A stretch of DNA of 64,000 nucleotides from Octopus vulgaris (GCA_951406725.2 OX597820.1:48918001-48982000), one strand, 5' to 3'. Counted from the first letter of the stretch, positions 40,851 to 53,205 are shown. Notes: generated by a model not told the origin, from the sequence alone. Numbers and translations: made by a program.

Positions 40851-40928
40851 GCGGTACATATGTTTCGGGCCTTTATTAGACGGATTTATAACAATGCATA
40901 ATGTGCGTCTGTGGCCTTCTTCAGCCGC
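40851..40928 (-). ncRNA. Minimal type-I hammerhead ribozyme with intact core
   Basis: Minus strand gcgg-CTGAAGA-aggcc..agacg..cgtct..ggccc-GAAAC-atat-GTA-ccgc; helix I gcgg/ccgc; palindrome acatatgt. Confidence 0.75.
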
Positions 40929-41164
40929 GCACAACTACTTCTTCAAGGACATGTATTACATCAAAAATTCTTGGTTGGGGATGCAAATCCTCTCATTCGC
41001 GTACGACGTAATGCGGCAACAGCATAAAAATGAAGCGTCCATCTCGTTCTTCTCTCAATGTAGAATGAGGAAGTTTGGATGTTGAAGTAATATAAATAAG
41101 TTAATAAATAAATATATACATATGCACAAACATACGACCCGACATGATGTCACCCCATAATCAC

Positions 41165-41245
41165 TTAACTCTTAAATCTTCCACAGGTGAAATGTCATTT
41201 TTAACAGCTCGACGATGGTCTGCCACCTGTTTCAAAACCCTGCAA
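41165..41245 (-). pseudogene. Short PLE GIY-YIG-like remnant upstream of the 40851 hammerhead
   Basis: CRVLKQVADHRRAVKNDISPVEDLRV resembles the R..EH...K and EDL.V motifs. Confidence 0.4.
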
Positions 41246-41434
41246 AACAACCATTAGATAAAGGATGGATCTGTTGTTCTTAGATTCCCAACGAAATCCT
41301 CCCGGCTAACTCGGTCAAAATCTATAAGTGCGTCACCATTAAATGATGATGCTTCCAAATTTATGTTACTAAATCACTAACATCTGTGGTGTTATTTTTT
41401 TTCTTTAAGGGATGCAGTATTTAAAAAATTCTTT

Positions 41435-41603
41435 GGCGTAAAAGTGGCTGTGTGGTAAGTAGCTCGCTTACGAACCACAACGTTACGGGTTCAGTCTCAC
41501 TGCGTTGCACCTTGGGTAAGTGTCTTCTACTATAGCCTCGGGCCGACCAAAGCCTTGTAAGTAGATTTGGTAGACGGAAACTGAAAGAAACCCGTCGTAT
41601 ATA

Positions 41604-41699
<96 letters not shown>

Positions 41700-41950
41700 T
41701 GTGTGTGTATACATGTATGTATGTATATGTCTGTATACGTTTGTATGTCTGTGTTTGTCCCCCAACATCGCTTGACAACCGATGCTGGTGTGTTTACGTC
41801 CCCGTAACTTAGCTGTTCGTCAAAAGAGATCGATAGAATAAGTATGACACTTACAAAGAATAAGTCATGGGGTCGATTTGCTCGACTAGAGGCGGTGCTC
41901 CAGCATGGCCACGGTCAAATGACTGAAACAAATAAAAGAATAAAAGAGTA
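41435..41950 (+). mobile_element. Full-length tRNA-headed SINE family A with internal microsatellite
   Basis: A box tggctgtgtggt, B box ggttcagtctc, internal (TA)n(TG)n, tail ggcggtgctccagcatggcc..aataaaagaataaaag; many other copies in the window. Confidence 0.92.
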
Positions 41951-43469
41951 TTTATATACATGCGCTCTTTAATGAAACCCTGATTTCAACTCTATACACT
42001 ATGTCCATGATGGGATGCATGTTTTGAGCTGTATTCTTAAAAGCGTCGACAACTCCTACACTAGTTCAGTCAAAACTGAATCGTCTTGGATTACTTGCAG
42101 CGTTTTAAGGATTCGATGGCAAAAAAACCTAAAACCTCTATGCAGTTTGAAATGCATATATTTCAGATTATGCTGTATAAAACTAGGCATAATTCTCCAG
42201 TAATCCAAGTATAGAGTATGTCTTAGTATAAACGAGACAAATTTTATCGTTAAATGGCTGAAGAACTTAAAATGCAGTTGAACCTCGCAATTTATGGAAC
42301 AGTCATAGAAAAGAAGCTTTAATATTGATTAATGACCCTGCTGGAATTAAGTTATTTCTTCATGTGTGTGCATTTTAGTATCAGATCCATTCATATCATA
42401 TTAGCTAAAATATTTGACAAACTTATTGCGTTTGTGCTAATGAAAATTGGTGTGTGTCAAAAAAGGTATTTTTCAGGTAGATCCAAATGGAACTATCAAT
42501 TAGGCAGCTTCATTATACCAAACATTTAGAAGCCTCTAGGAAACCGTTTGCTGAATTTCTTATGCTCATTTTATGATGTTGAAGTCATCGTGCGTTTAAA
42601 GATTTTATTTAAACCATCTACGCTTTATCAATAATGTCGATTTGTTTCAATGATCTAGCAAACCCGTGTATATATATATATATATATATATACAGTGTAG
42701 AATGGAAAGTTCTGTATACACGTGGGATCGGTATATAAGAAAGAAAAGAAATGTAAAAGTCACAGAAAGTTTGTATAATAGAGTTTATGGTGATATTAGG
42801 ATGATATTACATCATTACAATTTAAATAAATACCGGTTTCACGTTCAAACGATTGTCAACTTATATAGAGAAAATGTTTTTGCTGTCAATAGGACGCCAT
42901 TTTGAAAAAAAGTGAACAGAGATGAAGCAATATGTCAACGGGAGCAACTTGAAGAAAACTGGATGGTGTTAGGGATTGATAACCAGCGTGGAAGCTCTGG
43001 AGGACGTTACAAAGCTCTCAGTGGGTACTAGCAGAAGAGGAGGGGTATTAACAGAGATATTCAGCTAGCTCCATAGTGACAGAAGTTTCTGTCTCTGTCA
43101 GTCTTGTCCTCTCCTTTTTATTTGTATGTATGTATCTCCGCCTCTCTGCGACCACGCTAAATATCCCAGTACTTCTATGTTGTCACTGCCATTCAAACCT
43201 AAACTTTACTGCCTAAATCTGTATGTCGCAGTTTATATCTACGTCTTTCTACTTTCTCGAGTTTTTACAATCAATCTCAGAATGTCGCGCTAGAGCCCGA
43301 TCCATTCTGTCTAAGCATTCTTTTATCGTAGCAAACTTTCTCGTGAGACTGTGCTTCAATCCTACTGTCCCACCATTTATTCCATTCTATTGCCTTTTTT
43401 ATTTTTTGTGATTAGTCTATATTCATTACGAAGCTACAATGAATACCTGTAATGAGTGCATGTAATGAT

Positions 43470-43782
43470 TGATTACCAGTGAAACACTGGGGTCGATATA
43501 ATCGATTAGTTCACTCTCCCCAAATTTCAGGCCCTGAGCCTTTAGTAGAGAGGATTACTTTCATCGTCATTAAAGCGGCGAGAATCGTTAGTACGCCAAG
43601 CGTAATGCATAGCCGCATTTCGTCCGTCCTCATGTTCTGATTTCAAATTCTGCCGAGGTCGACATTGCCTTTCATCCTTTCGGGGTTGATAAAATACGTA
43701 CCATTTATGCACTAAGGTCGATGTAATCGACTAGCCTCTTCCCCCAATATTTCAGGCCTTCTGCCTATAGCAGAAGGGAGAA
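43470..43782 (+). mobile_element. SINE family B: a 3' fragment plus a near-full copy
   Basis: gcggcgagaatcgttagtacgcc...gaggtcgacattgcctttcatcctttcggggttgataaaa...ccaatatttcaggcctt. Confidence 0.85.
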
Positions 43783-43808
43783 TTATTATTATTATTATTA
43801 TTATTATT

Positions 43809-44361
43809 GAGTGAGAGAGCAATGCATGCCATCAAAGTGACACGGAGTAAAATATACGGAGCCCAGTTTACCCATCATGATTACCCGTCTAATAAGCGTA
43901 CACTAGGCACATGCATCACAACCATATGTGCGTGACATGGTGATCTCATATCAAGATAAACAGCATATGACCTTGCAGGTGGAGCTCAGTTAGAATTTTC
44001 TTCTGGTCGAGTAACCCATCCTGCTCAAAAGATCCCTGAATAAGGGTTGTTTAAGGATGTTGAACGAAACACCCATGTTTCCAGAGTTGAATTATTCAAA
44101 CCCCAAAGAATCCCTCTCAGCACATGGCTATGATGCTCCCTCCACTACTTCTGCTTGTGTTCAAAGATGCACATATCGTCAGTCGCTAAGGGACATGCTC
44201 AACTGGTTATGGTCAAACAACTGACAAGCAAATCTGTGATATTGAGCAGAATATTTGCTGTAGCCCATCTTTTATACCAAGACAAAACAATGTACATGAT
44301 AACACTTCCAATCAGTTAAGATCAAAAGCCATGAGAGCCACTGCCTGGTACTGCATCAGAG

Positions 44362-44362
<1 letters not shown>
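43809..44362 (-). mobile_element. Non-coding ~555-bp element inserted in a (TAA)n tract
   Basis: Sharp boundaries with (tta)n on both sides; its 3' end recurs at 29538-29643. Confidence 0.75.
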
Positions 44363-44422
<60 letters not shown>

Positions 44423-44530
44423 AAATGCTAATGTTACTACTACAACTACTACTAGTAGTAGTAGTAGTAGTAGTAGTAGCAGCAGCAGTACTACTACTAC
44501 ACGCAATAATAATAATAAAGATAATAATAA

Positions 44531-45797
44531 GTAAAGAATATAGATAGGAAAATACGCAAGCTGCTGAGTTGTAATAGGATGCACTACACAAAGGCAGACG
44601 TAGATTGCCTTTACCTCCCCAGAGCCCAAGGATGTCGAGGCCTGATCCAATTTGAACTAGCTTACAAAACAACTACAATTGGACTGGCCAAATATCTAGA
44701 AATAACGAATGACTGGATGCTAAAGCTCGTGGAAAATCACGAGAGACGAAAGAAGCTTCATTCTATCATAATGCACCAAACTGAACAACCCGAGGGAAGT
44801 ACGGCAACTATTGTTGCAAAGAAGGTGAAAATAATGGCAACGAAAAAAGCGCACGAGCAATTGGCTGATAGGTGGGAGGAGAAACCTCTGCAGAGCAAAT
44901 ATGTGGCCCGTAGCAAACAAGCTGATGTTGACCAGAAGCAAACCCATCAGTGGCTACGGAGCTCAGGGCTAAAAGCAGAGAGCGAAGGTTTCATCCTGGC
45001 TGCTCAAGATCAAAGCCTATTAACCCGGAACTACCAGGTCAATGTGATGAAAAATGGAGCAGACCCAAAATGCCGATTCTGCAACGACATGATTGAAACA
45101 GTGGACCACCTAATCTCTGGATGTAAAGTCTTAGCACCAGTGGAGTATAAATTAAGACATGACAGAGTTGGCCAATATCTACACTGGCTAATAAGTCGGC
45201 ATTACAATATCAAAACTGCCGACAAGCGGTATAATCACCACCCTGAAGCTGTAACTGAAGGAGAAAATGTAGCGATTCTGTGGGACTTTCCAGTACATAC
45301 AGACCGAACTATCAAAGCCAATAAACCGGATATTGTTGTGAAAGACCAAAACAAAGTTTGCTTATTGATCGACATGAGCATCCCTTGTGATCATAATATC
45401 TCGACGAAAGAGTTTGACAAGCTCAGAAAATATAAAGACCTGTTCATTGAAATTGAGAAAATGTGGCATCTCAAGGCGGTTTCAATACCAGTAATCGTAG
45501 GAGCACTAGGAATGATCAAGAAGAGAACCGAAAATTATATGAGAATGATCCCTGGCTTACCATCCCTGCAAGAAGTGCTAAAGATTGTCTTAACTGGTAC
45601 ATCACACGTATTGAGAAGAGCATTGTCGATGTGAGAACTATTACTACCCATGTATTCTAATTTAACTTAAAAAAAAATGAACGAACTAGTGAGTTTAGTT
45701 TAATGGCCTACCAATGTATACTATGAGTTTCTTTGCCCTAGGAGTCGGGGAGACGCTCGGCAAGAAATGGAAGCAAATTTGAAAGAAGAAGAAAAAA
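44531..45797 (+). mobile_element. 5'-truncated R4/Dong-like restriction-like-endonuclease non-LTR retrotransposon in (TAA)n
   Basis: Reading frame is open from 44531, right at the taa repeat (VKNIDRKIRKLL); a short 3' UTR ends in an A-rich tract followed by taataataa. Confidence 0.88.
44579..45634 (+). CDS. C-terminal part of a retrotransposon protein: RT thumb, CCHC zinc knuckle, PD-(D/E)xK endonuclease (no RT core)
   Basis: LYLPRAQGCRGL; AAQDQSLLTRNY; CRFC..ETVDHLISGC; RHD; ANKPDIVV..LIDMSIP..K..KYKDL; PVIVGALG. Confidence 0.88.
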   Translation: MHYTKADVDCLYLPRAQGCRGLIQFELAYKTTTIGLAKYLEITNDWMLKLVENHERRKKLHSIIMHQTEQPEGSTATIVAKKVKIMATKKAHEQLADRWEEKPLQSKYVARSKQADVDQKQTHQWLRSSGLKAESEGFILAAQDQSLLTRNYQVNVMKNGADPKCRFCNDMIETVDHLISGCKVLAPVEYKLRHDRVGQYLHWLISRHYNIKTADKRYNHHPEAVTEGENVAILWDFPVHTDRTIKANKPDIVVKDQNKVCLLIDMSIPCDHNISTKEFDKLRKYKDLFIEIEKMWHLKAVSIPVIVGALGMIKKRTENYMRMIPGLPSLQEVLKIVLTGTSHVLRRALSM

Positions 45798-45807
45798 GAT
45801 AACAACA

Positions 45808-45842
<35 letters not shown>

Positions 45843-46057
45843 CTTTTTTATTATAGGTACAAGACCTGAAATCTTGGGGGTGGGGGACTGTTGATTAGAC
45901 CGACTCCAGTAGGCATCTGCTAATTAATTTATCGACCCCGAAAGGATGAAATGTATAGTGAACCTCGTTGAAATTTGAATTCAAAGTATAAATACAGGTG
46001 AAATGCTGCTTAGCTTTTTTTTTCCGGCGTGCTAACGATTCTGTCAGTTTCTGCCTT
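45843..46057 (-). mobile_element. SINE family B (more decayed pieces continue to ~46330)
   Basis: tttatcgaccccgaaaggatgaaa...aatttgaattc...ccggcgtgctaacgattctg. Confidence 0.8.
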
Positions 46058-46816
46058 TAAAAGAAAAGTTGCCCTTTGTAGGACTTGAACTCAGAGTTGA
46101 ATTGAATGCAGCAAACTATTTGTTCTACCGACAACGATTCGTCCATTTCGTGAGCTTACTATAATAATAGTAATAATAATAATGATCTTTTGAAGTATAT
46201 GCTCAGGGCCTGAAAGTTGGTTACCCCGGACTCAATGCTTGAATGGTACTCTATATTAAATCAACCTCAGCCCCATTTGAGCTCAGATGATAAAACCGAA
46301 AGAAATGCTGGTAGTCATTTTGTCTGGCATGTGTCTTTGACAGTTACGTGAACTCAGTCAAATGTAAGAATATTACGAGGGCAAAATTAAAATAAAATAT
46401 AAGTATATTCGATCGTAAATTTATATTACACGTATCCGTTCGTACACACAAACACACATGCACAAATACAAACATATATAGAATAAGATAGGCAGACAAA
46501 CAGAGAGTTTCTACATAAATCTCATAGGCACGTTGATTTAGAAAGGTTTAATAAAGTATGAATAGACAAATAGATTCCCGTATGTAGCAATTTCTTGTAG
46601 CTTATATTATATGAATTCGGAAAACCCTATCGTTATTTTTAACTGTGTTTCGCAAGTTATTATTTGTTATTGATAAGATTCTATCTATTAAATGTTGCTC
46701 GTGTCGTTGCATTTGTTGAATTTTTCTCCTACCTTTTTCGGTTTTTCTCTTTATGATTTCATTTCTTTTTCTTTCCTTTTTTTAATATTTTTGCTAATGC
46801 CTATTTTTTCCGGTAT

Positions 46817-46867
<51 letters not shown>

Positions 46868-47530
46868 TAAATATGTAATATTATCATATAGATTTGAAGA
46901 CATTTCGTTTTTTTTGTGTGTTTTTTTTTTTCGTATTTCAGCAGAATCTGTTACTTTGTATAACAGCGTGCACAGCAGTATCTGTTTACACGAAATCTGA
47001 CAAAAGCCTGTCAGCAAAGCTTGCTCCATCAATGTAAACCAATATGCCGACATTCTGTTGCAACCTTTTCATTTTGCAGTAGTCTTCTCTTCCCATATAT
47101 TCCTTTTATTTCAGCAACTTCCACAGTAAACGCTGATCAGTTACATCAGCAAAACATACGTTTGTTTCCGTGTCCTATACAACAAAAATATGAAAGCCTT
47201 TTACACCCATACCTTTGGAGCCAAAAGCCTTTTCATCATACTATCCAACTGTTATGGAAACACACACATACACATACGTTCAGTGGTAATTGATGATGCG
47301 CTTCTCTATATCCGCCTTAACCAACGCATACAAAAGTGAAAGCTAAGGTAAAATGGCAGTGCATAATCAGCTGATCAGCATGAAAGGATTAAGTGAACGG
47401 TAAACTTGTATTGAGTACATATTTTCTCCGAATATGAAACTGAGTGATTACACGCGGGCGCACACGCACGCACATATTCACACACATGCATACACGCACA
47501 CAAGCACATATACATACACAATCACACGTA

Positions 47531-47580
<50 letters not shown>

Positions 47581-47679
47581 CGCACACATATGCACGCATG
47601 TATATATGCAAATGTAACCAACAACTCCAAATCCTTCTTAGATTATCCGCGTAAGTGAAGTCAAAGCTATGCAAGTATA

Positions 47680-48230
47680 TATTCGAGAGGAATTCGAAAA
47701 TTATCCGCACTTTCGCCAAAACCTAGTTGGCTTGCCCTGCTTTCAGTGATCGAGTACTAAAAGGTGCTAATCTTGTGGATACTTAACCGAGGCTTATTAT
47801 CAATCGTTCCTTTGTTTTTGTGTTACAGTAAACATGGCAGTGCGCCCCATGAAAGGACAGAGATCGATGACCTTGTTTGTCTGGTCTGAAGGTGTATCAA
47901 TGACTGAAACTCATCGCCAGCTTCCAATACAATATTGAAACAGCATTTACCGTGTAGAAGTGTAGATGAGTGGATCGAGAAGATTATAAATGACCGGACA
48001 AGCATGAAGCACGAAGAAGGGGCAGGATGCCCATCCACCTCCACCACTAACGTTAAGATTCAACTGGCGCGAGTGAGGATTCTGGTGAAGCGAGGAGGAG
48101 TTATCAATGTGGTGACATGTTCCTTGAAAATTAGTTATAAAATAAAGAAGAATAAAAGTTACTGCATACAATATTATTCATGACAAGCTTCCGTTGCATA
48201 AAGTCTGTGAGAGATGGGTGCCAAGAGAGC
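47680..48230 (+). mobile_element. Mariner 5' remnant (left end and N-terminal HTH region)
   Basis: QRSMTLFVWSEGVS..ETHRQL, RSVDEWIEK..DRTSMKHEEGAGCPSTST, IIHDKLPLHKVCERWVPRE; truncated after the WVPRE motif. Confidence 0.82.
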
Positions 48231-48620
48231 CTAGGGAAGCTCGTAAGCCCAATCGTGATCTTCTATAATAATGAAGCTGTATGCCTTAGTTTGTTGCTCT
48301 TGTATAGACATACAGAGAAGAAACCTTGCAGAACAGACGATGTTTTAACGAGATACATATTGTATTCATCTGAGGAGATAAATCTACACCGGCGGATAAA
48401 CCGACAGATACAGTAGTATCCCACCCGGGTGAAATCGATGCTAGATGAGTCGAAACAGTTGAAGTGTTCAATAAACTTTCTCGTATCTTCCATCTTCTGT
48501 CTCTCATTAATCAAATACTCCACGAACACTAAGAAAGTGAACGTACCTTACCGATGTATACCATACAATTTATTATCTAACAACAAGAACAACAACAACA
48601 GCAACAACAACAATAATAAT

Positions 48621-48717
<97 letters not shown>

Positions 48718-48734
48718 TTGATGATGAAGGTAAT

Positions 48735-49020
48735 GGACTCTCCTGTCGATAGACGAGGATTTGAAAAGTTCGTACCTAACAAGCGCGCAGATGATTTGTT
48801 TACAGTGATCAAATGTTTGTGTACACATAAGCTCACTCCCTCCATCAAACTGACATAACCTGTACAGGTGCAACGGGTGCCAAACGTCAGATGACTAAAT
48901 GATCGCAGAGGAACGTGAAATGAAGTGCTTTGATCAAGAACACAACGCAACGCCCAGTCTGGAAATCGAGCCTACAATCTCGCAATCGTGCGTGCAACAA
49001 CTTGACCACTAAGCCATGCA
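48735..49020 (-). mobile_element. tRNA-headed SINE family D
   Basis: Minus strand A box tggcttagtgg, B box ggctcgatttcc, then gtgttcttgatcaaagcacttcatttcacgt; the tail runs into (att)n. Confidence 0.72.
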
Positions 49021-49869
49021 TGTGTGTTTGTGGGCGTGGTGATAGATAAATTATGCCCAATGAAAGAATTTGAATCTACAATTATATTTTGAAGATGAAA
49101 CCTGCTATTTATACTCATCGCCTATTCTCTGACATCTATCAATTTTAGATGTTAACTTCCCACCGTAGATAATAGTGAAAGAAAAATGGAAATATTGAGA
49201 AGGTTTCTTTAAATTGCAAACCTTCTCACTAAATACCCATGTAGGAAGTCTGTCTGAAAAGGTTCTATCGATTTAGCTAAATTTAGCGTGTAACTGAAAC
49301 GTATACATTGAGAGAATATCGCTACAGCAATGCACTTTTTATCTATTAGGGAAAGGTGTCTTTAAGCAAAGGAATAGCTACCACATTATAATAAACACTT
49401 GGCTCATGAATGTGCAATCGATATATATGGACTAAATGCTATAAATTCATCACTGACGTACAATAGTAAAAGATCAATTCGTACCTTCTAATGTAGATGT
49501 CATTGCTGTTTTGGCACATTCATTTATAATAATCATACATATTCCTCAGAATTACATACTAAATCAAGTTTATGTATGTTCAATAAAAACGTATATCTTT
49601 CAGTTGGTAAATAATCTCAGGGATACATAATTATATAACTGACTTCGAACAATAGCTAGCTGTGTTTACACACATTTATATGTACATAAGCATAATTGTG
49701 TATGTGTATATGTGTGTGCGCATAATTGTTTTGTGTGTGTGTGTGTTTTTGTATATATGTGCAGAAGTAAATTTATCGGTGAACGTTTGCTGTACAAACT
49801 GTTGAAAACTTTTCACAATTGATCTACTAATAAAAGGCACCTAAATACACGAAAAGATCCTCCGCTGAG

Positions 49870-50160
49870 CCTGATCGCGAGTATATAGTTGTTCGACCAA
49901 ATAGGAAAATATACTCAATGAAATAACATCTGAAGTGGATGAGTAATCCGTAGACACGTGTATCTATTACGAATTATGAATTATCTATTCGTAATTCTCA
50001 GGGTGATATAGCATCAGTAGGTGGGAATATTAGACATTGGAATTGCTGATTCAATCCATTCGACGATTTCCAAATATTCGCCATGGATTCCACGTTCCGA
50101 GACAGAACATTGAGCTTAACCGTTGTGAAGCAAACTTCTTAATTCTTCGGGCATACTGCA
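49870..50160 (-). mobile_element. Highly decayed SINE, family C-like
   Basis: aagtggatgagtaatccgtagacacgtgta...gtaattctcaggg resembles 52310-52370. Confidence 0.45.
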
Positions 50161-51179
50161 GCTATGAATGAAAATAAGGAAAGCTAGGCTGAGTGAAACT
50201 ACGGGGTAACTTATACAAGTGGAATGCGGGTATAGAAAGAAAGCTTTGTCTATAAACAGATGTAAGGATGTTACGAAGTCTCAAGAAGCCGCATTCTGGC
50301 TGGACACTTATGTTGAAAACATCACACATTGTATGCAATATAGCTCTTTAGATTTCATTAGTTATTTAACTTTCAGGCTCATTTGTGTGTCTATTCCATA
50401 ATAACATTCTTAATCACAATCTACCTGGACGCTATGCCGCAGCAAAACACTTACAACTATGTATGTGCGACCGATAATGTTTATATTGCAAAAGCCACTT
50501 TTAATCCTTAATGTAATTTTATTTCACATGTCATATGCTACAGTACATCAACAAAAAGACTGTAGTCTATCTGTATATAAACCATAGAAAAGCGATACAC
50601 TACGTTTCGCGATGATCCGCTACATAGCACTGATCAGCCACAATAAAGGCGCGGTGATACTGGAGCAATCTGTCTCTCCTGATCTGTGACTTTCAGGTGA
50701 ATTTTAACATTCGGTGTCGTTTGGAAAACATTTGCCGGACACTATTCTGCAGTAAATTCAGCGTAAAAAGAAAATGCTCACTGTGTATGTGCGACCGATA
50801 AAATTTACAGTACTAGAATTGCTTTTAATTCGCAAATTAATAATATATAGACATATAGATATGTGTATGCGTGTATGCGTGCGTGTGTGCGTGCGTTGTG
50901 TGTGTGCGTGTGTCCAGAGATAGAGGAAGAGAGAGAAGAGACTAAGGGAAAAGTGTTAATGAAATAGAAGAACGTTAAGGCAAAGGATATAAAGCAGATT
51001 TTGAAAATATGTGAATTAAGTTCCTTTTCCATTCACAATTTTTAGAAAAAAAAAAATCAGTTGTATATCATTATTCTACGTTCAAAACATTTCATTCTCA
51101 ACATACACTCACATTATTCTAATGAACTTGTTATTCTAGACATGGCATGTATTGTTCACGTTAAATTGAATAACAACAT

Positions 51180-51626
51180 TATGATCATCAGTAGTAACAG
51201 AAACAACAACAGGATTATTAAAAATAACAACACCAACAAATGCAACGAGAAGAACAATACCAAGGAAAGAAAAGTACAAATAAGAATGACAGTTGAACAA
51301 CGACAAAGAACAATGTCAATACACGAAAGAGACAACAACGGCAGCAAGAAGAACAAGAACATGGACAACAAAGACAAGAAGAAGAAAAGAAGAAGAAGAA
51401 CAACAACAACAACAACGACAACAGCAGTAGGAGTAGCAGCAACAACAACAGCAACAACTGAATAAGAAAGAAATGTATGAATTTTCTCCAAGAAATATTA
51501 TTTTACAATAAATGACATTAAAATTATTATTAACAATATTGATAATTATATTACAAACAATTAGATTCGAAAGCAACAAATTCAAACTCCAGAACAATAA
51601 TATTAATGATGATGATGATGATGATA

Positions 51627-51713
<87 letters not shown>

Positions 51714-52081
51714 GCAGCAGCAGCAACAACAACAATAAAAGGAGAAAAAGAGTTAAATTATCATAAGGCCAAGAAGTATGTTTAAAAAAATAACTGCTAT
51801 AGAATTACAATAAGAATTATCTTAATAAGAATAGCCATGAAATCAATAAGCACAAAGGGAAAGTTTAGGAGGAAGAAGATGCGTAGAGAATGGAGAGGAA
51901 GACTAGAATGAGAGAGAGAAAAACAAAACAAAACAAAACAAAACAAAGATTAGGATGTTCACAACGATGAAGACGACGACGACAAAAACAAATGATGATT
52001 ATGATGGTGATAATGATGATGATGATGATGATCGTCAACATGATCATCACCATCATTATCATCTCCATCTTCATCATGAAT

Positions 52082-52129
<48 letters not shown>

Positions 52130-52195
52130 GTCATCATCGTCATCATCTTCATCATTAGCATCATCGTCTTCATCATCATCTTCATCGTCGTTTCT
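51180..52195. repeat. Compound trinucleotide repeats (AAC, AAG, GAT, AAT, CAT)
   Basis: Successive tracts, including a long (aat)n at ~51630-51712 and (cat)n at ~52082-52185. Confidence 0.92.
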
Positions 52196-52228
52196 GTCAC
52201 CAACTCTATACCAACACAGACGTTTGGA

Positions 52229-52611
52229 TGGAAGCACTCCGTCGGTTACGACGATGAGGTTTCCGGTTGATCCGACCAACGGAACAGCCTGCTCGTGAAA
52301 TTAACGTGTAAGTGGCTGAGTACTCCACAGACACGTGTACCCTTAACGTAGTTCTCGGGGATATTCAGCGTGACACAGAGAGTGACAAGGCCGGCCCTTT
52401 GAAATACAGATACAAGAGAAACAGGAAGAAAGAGTGAGAGAAAGTTGTGGTGAAAGAGTACAGCAGGGATCACCACCATCCCCTGCCGGAGCATCGTGGA
52501 GCTTTAGGTGTTTTCGTTCAATAAACACTCACAACGCCCGGTCTGGGAATCGAAACCGCGATCCTACGACCGCGAGTCCTCTGCCCTAACCACTGAGCCA
52601 TTGCGCCTCCA
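52229..52611 (-). mobile_element. Full-length tRNA-headed SINE family C
   Basis: Minus strand tggaggcgcaa-tggctcagtgg-ttagggc...ggtttcgattccc (A and B boxes); tail cgtcgtaaccgacggagtgcttcc. Confidence 0.88.
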
Positions 52612-52752
52612 CTACACAGACGTTTATAGTGATAGGGACGATGATGATGATGATGAAATATTAATTACAATGTTTTTTTTAAAGGTAAAGATGAACATGA
52701 CAATGAAGAAAACGTTAGAGATAGTAAGAATAAAGGAACAAAATAAAAATAT

Positions 52753-53150
52753 GTAGCAGTAGTTGTAGTAGCAGTAGTAGTAGTTGCAGTAGCAGTAGTA
52801 GTAGTTGTAGTAGTAGTAGTGGTAGTAGTACTAGTAGTAGTAGTAGCAGCAATAGTAGTAGTAATAGTAGTAGTAGTAGTAGTAGTAGCAACAATAGCTG
52901 TAGTAGTAGCTGCAGCAATATTAGTTGTAGCAGTAGTAGCTGCAGCATCAGTAGCAGCAGCAGCAGCAGTAGCAGCAGCAGTAGTAGTAGTAGTAGTAGT
53001 AACAGCCACAATAGTAGTTGTAGTAGCAGCAGCAGCAGTAGTATTAGTATTAGTGGTGGTAGTAGTAATAGTAACAGCAACAATAGTAGTAGCAGTAGCA
53101 GTAGTTGTAGTATTAGTAGTAATAGTAACAGCAGCAGCAGCAGTAGTAGC

Positions 53151-53205
<55 letters not shown>
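52753..53205. repeat. Degenerate (TAG/CAG)n tract
   Basis: About 450 bp of gta/gca triplets. Confidence 0.95.

Noticed and set aside
52540-52611. tRNA-like sequence with A and B boxes
   Set aside because: It continues directly into a SINE body shared with other copies, so it is a SINE head rather than a tRNA gene.
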